DNA from: Candidatus Parcubacteria bacterium
GTDB lineage: Bacteria; Patescibacteriota; Minisyncoccia; Phycocordibacterales; UBA918
Reading direction: 5' to 3'
Length of the DNA stretch: 64,000 nt
Assembly: GCA_046050355.1 (NCBI GenBank)
Contig: JBJOPW010000001.1
Coordinates: 79,475-143,474, forward strand
Below are positions 63,685-64,000 of this stretch, piece after piece. How positions within the stretch are numbered: the first letter of the stretch is position 1; every line of letters starts with the position of its first letter. The notes beneath the pieces are model-generated. The model made no database searches. It saw only the letters and a list, made by a program, of their open reading frames with translations, and was not told the origin of the DNA. A program made the position numbers and the translations under genes.

Positions 63685-64000
63685 ATGCCTCTCAAAAAAG
63701 CCGTCCGCCTACGCATTAAGCGTCTCATTGGTCTTTTAGGACCAAAAACCGCTATTCGTCTGCGCTATTTCCATGGCTTCAAGCGCTTTCCGAATCTACA
63801 AAACCCAGCAACATTTAATGAGAAGATAAACGCATACAAATTTATGGGTGACGAGTACAATTTTGCTCGGTATGCTGACAAAGTAGCGGTCAAAGACTTC
63901 GTGACAGAAAAAATAGGTGCCGAACATGTCATCCCTACCCTCTACGCTGGTGAGACTCTCCCTCCACGTGCGGAACGTACCTGGGCGCTGCCGTATGTCA
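63685..64000 (+). CDS. Second TupA-like ATP-grasp protein, partial (runs off the window)
   Basis: Not in the ORF track. MPLKKAVRLRIKRLIGLLGPKTAIRLRYFHGFKRFPNLQNPATFNEKINAYKF...YADKVAVKDFV...IPTLYAGETLPPRAERTWALPYV. Confidence 0.88.
   Translation, partial: MPLKKAVRLRIKRLIGLLGPKTAIRLRYFHGFKRFPNLQNPATFNEKINAYKFMGDEYNFARYADKVAVKDFVTEKIGAEHVIPTLYAGETLPPRAERTWALPYV

Noticed and set aside
1-64000. tRNA, rRNA, transposase or prophage genes
   Set aside because: None recognised by eye; a tRNAscan/Rfam run would be needed to exclude them formally.

Overview
Bacterial DNA in the standard code, probably Patescibacteria/Parcubacteria (inferred from -10 boxes sitting just ahead of start codons, few Shine-Dalgarno sites, and Thr/Ser-rich secreted proteins). 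About 55 kb (1-54.6 kb, almost all minus strand) forms one cell-surface locus. It holds a 7,456-aa giant secreted protein, a second giant (>1,570 aa, cut off by the window edge and missing from the ORF track), four cohesin-like proteins (three membrane-anchored) and three dockerin-bearing proteins. It also holds two WxL/pilin-like subunit paralogs with long structured leaders, two DUF916-like membrane-anchored partners, a MacB/FtsX-type ABC pair, an Fn3 protein and an Hsp20. The best candidate for a new system is this combined cohesin-dockerin plus WxL/DUF916-like surface assembly, which has no cellulosomal enzymes. The intergenic DNA contains a ~125-nt covarying structured repeat that abuts stop codons, a tandem ~145-nt structured repeat, and a DnaA-box-like motif at a fixed distance from promoters. 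The right end carries umuC and umuD separated by GH18 and NYN genes, a CAP protein, and the start of a glycan locus (GT4, a frameshifted and an apparently intact TupA-like ATP-grasp, a clan-A glycoside hydrolase). All domain calls come from motif recognition by eye; no searches were run.
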